Below, one piece after another: positions 63,265 to 64,000 of a DNA stretch of 64,000 nt (position 1 is the first letter of the stretch; each line of letters begins with the position of its first letter). The stretch is from Bacillota bacterium (GTDB taxonomy: Bacteria > Pseudomonadota > Gammaproteobacteria > Natronospirales > REEB76). Location of the stretch: the NCBI GenBank assembly GCA_050261675.1, contig JBLNDO010000030.1:11424-75423 (forward strand). The letters run 5' to 3'. A program made the translations under genes and the position numbers. Under the pieces are notes generated by a model, which made no database searches, was not told the origin of the DNA, and saw only the letters and a list, made by a program, of their open reading frames with translations.

Positions 63265-64000
63265 CCCGCGACCGGCTCGGCTGATGCGGAACGCCGCAGT
63301 ATCCAGACAATCAAGAAGAGCGCCGGCAGGCTCAACAGCGCCGTAATGGCAAAGAACGGGCCGTAACCCGTCGCGTCCACCACCCTGCCCGAGAATCCCG
63401 CCAGGAACTTGGTGGGCACACTCCACAACGAGCCGAACAGGGCGTACTGCGTCGCAGTGTAGGCTCGGTTGGTAAGCGAGGACATGTAGGCAATGAAGGC
63501 CGTGCCGGCGATGCCGTTACCCACGTTGTCCACACTGATGGCCGCAGCAAACCAGCCGATGCCTGGATGGATACCCGCGATATAAGCGTAGAACAGGTTG
63601 GCGCCTGTCAGCAGCAGCAAGCCCACGAGCATGGCGCGCAGCGTGCCCCAGCGCGCCACCAGGACGCCGGCGATGAAGGCCCCCGTGAGAGTCATGATGA
63701 TGCCGTAGACCTTCGCCACCTCGGCGATCTGCAACAGCGTGAAGCCAAGGTCAAGATAGAAGGGGTTCGCCATCACCCCCATGCTCATGTAACTCAGGCG
63801 GTAGAGCACGATGAGCAGGAGGATCGGCAGGGCTACGCGCCAGCCGTTGCGGGCGAAGAAATCCATGAACGGGCAGACCACCGCGCCGATCGCCCAGGCC
63901 ACAGCCTGGCGTAGCGGCTCCGGCCAATGGCGGGAGCCTTCTAGGAAATCCACCACCCGCTGCTCCCGCGCCAGGGTCGCTCGGTCCAGGTGTCGGTCTG
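63261..64000 (-). CDS. ampG: AmpG-family muropeptide MFS transporter (C-terminal part; gene continues past the right edge)
   Basis: 'MGVMANPFYLDLGFTLLQIAEVAKVYG' and 'AFIAYMSSLTNRAYTATQYALFGSLWS'. The reading frame stays open to position 64000. Confidence 0.7.
   Translation of the reverse strand, partial: DRHLDRATLAREQRVVDFLEGSRHWPEPLRQAVAWAIGAVVCPFMDFFARNGWRVALPILLLIVLYRLSYMSMGVMANPFYLDLGFTLLQIAEVAKVYGIIMTLTGAFIAGVLVARWGTLRAMLVGLLLLTGANLFYAYIAGIHPGIGWFAAAISVDNVGNGIAGTAFIAYMSSLTNRAYTATQYALFGSLWSVPTKFLAGFSGRVVDATGYGPFFAITALLSLPALFLIVWILRRSASAEPVAG

Overview
GC-rich, densely coding proteobacterial-type chromosomal segment with about 75 CDS and 2 tRNAs. I recognised no rRNA, CRISPR array, transposase or integrase. 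All calls come from reading the supplied ORF translations and the DNA by eye; no database or HMM search was run, so family names are motif-based recognitions. Many supplied ORFs are 5'-extended or are antisense artefacts of high GC; starts were re-set where a better RBS or signal peptide was visible.

Content from left to right:
- An RHH+PIN toxin-antitoxin pair with a 27-bp palindromic operator.
- Several secreted proteins and lipoproteins, including a 764-aa Big_2 protein.
- A compact six-gene Hyf/Hyc-like membrane complex (6299-13435, minus). Its 'large subunit' has lost all four NiFe-ligating cysteines, so it is an Ehr-type complex I relative and not a hydrogenase. An orphan RHH regulator is transcribed divergently from it.
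- An HD-GYP / papain-like C1 peptidase pair and an MFS transporter.
- The most unusual locus: a minus-strand operon (27382 to 17909, plus a small Gly-rich peptide gene ending at 17606). It encodes a CHASE2-sensor class III nucleotidyl cyclase, a DUF928-like periplasmic protein and two paralogous ~1120-aa lipoprotein TPR-CHAT (caspase-like) proteases. I consider this the best candidate for an uncharacterised, extracytoplasmic protease-coupled cyclic-nucleotide signalling system.
- Mostly housekeeping or accessory genes after that: pirin, Lrp; a PLP-decarboxylase/DMT/GST operon with a divergent LysR; divergent GGDEF and GGDEF-EAL genes; DedA, AKR; tRNA-Phe next to a hairpin-rich region with tRNA-like fragments; egtBD; yggX-mutY-asmA; a PAS-kinase/NarL/REC system; tRNA-Gly; thiSG-trmB; an Mla-like ABC system with a degenerate ATPase signature; MarC, Rieske, and a partial ampG.
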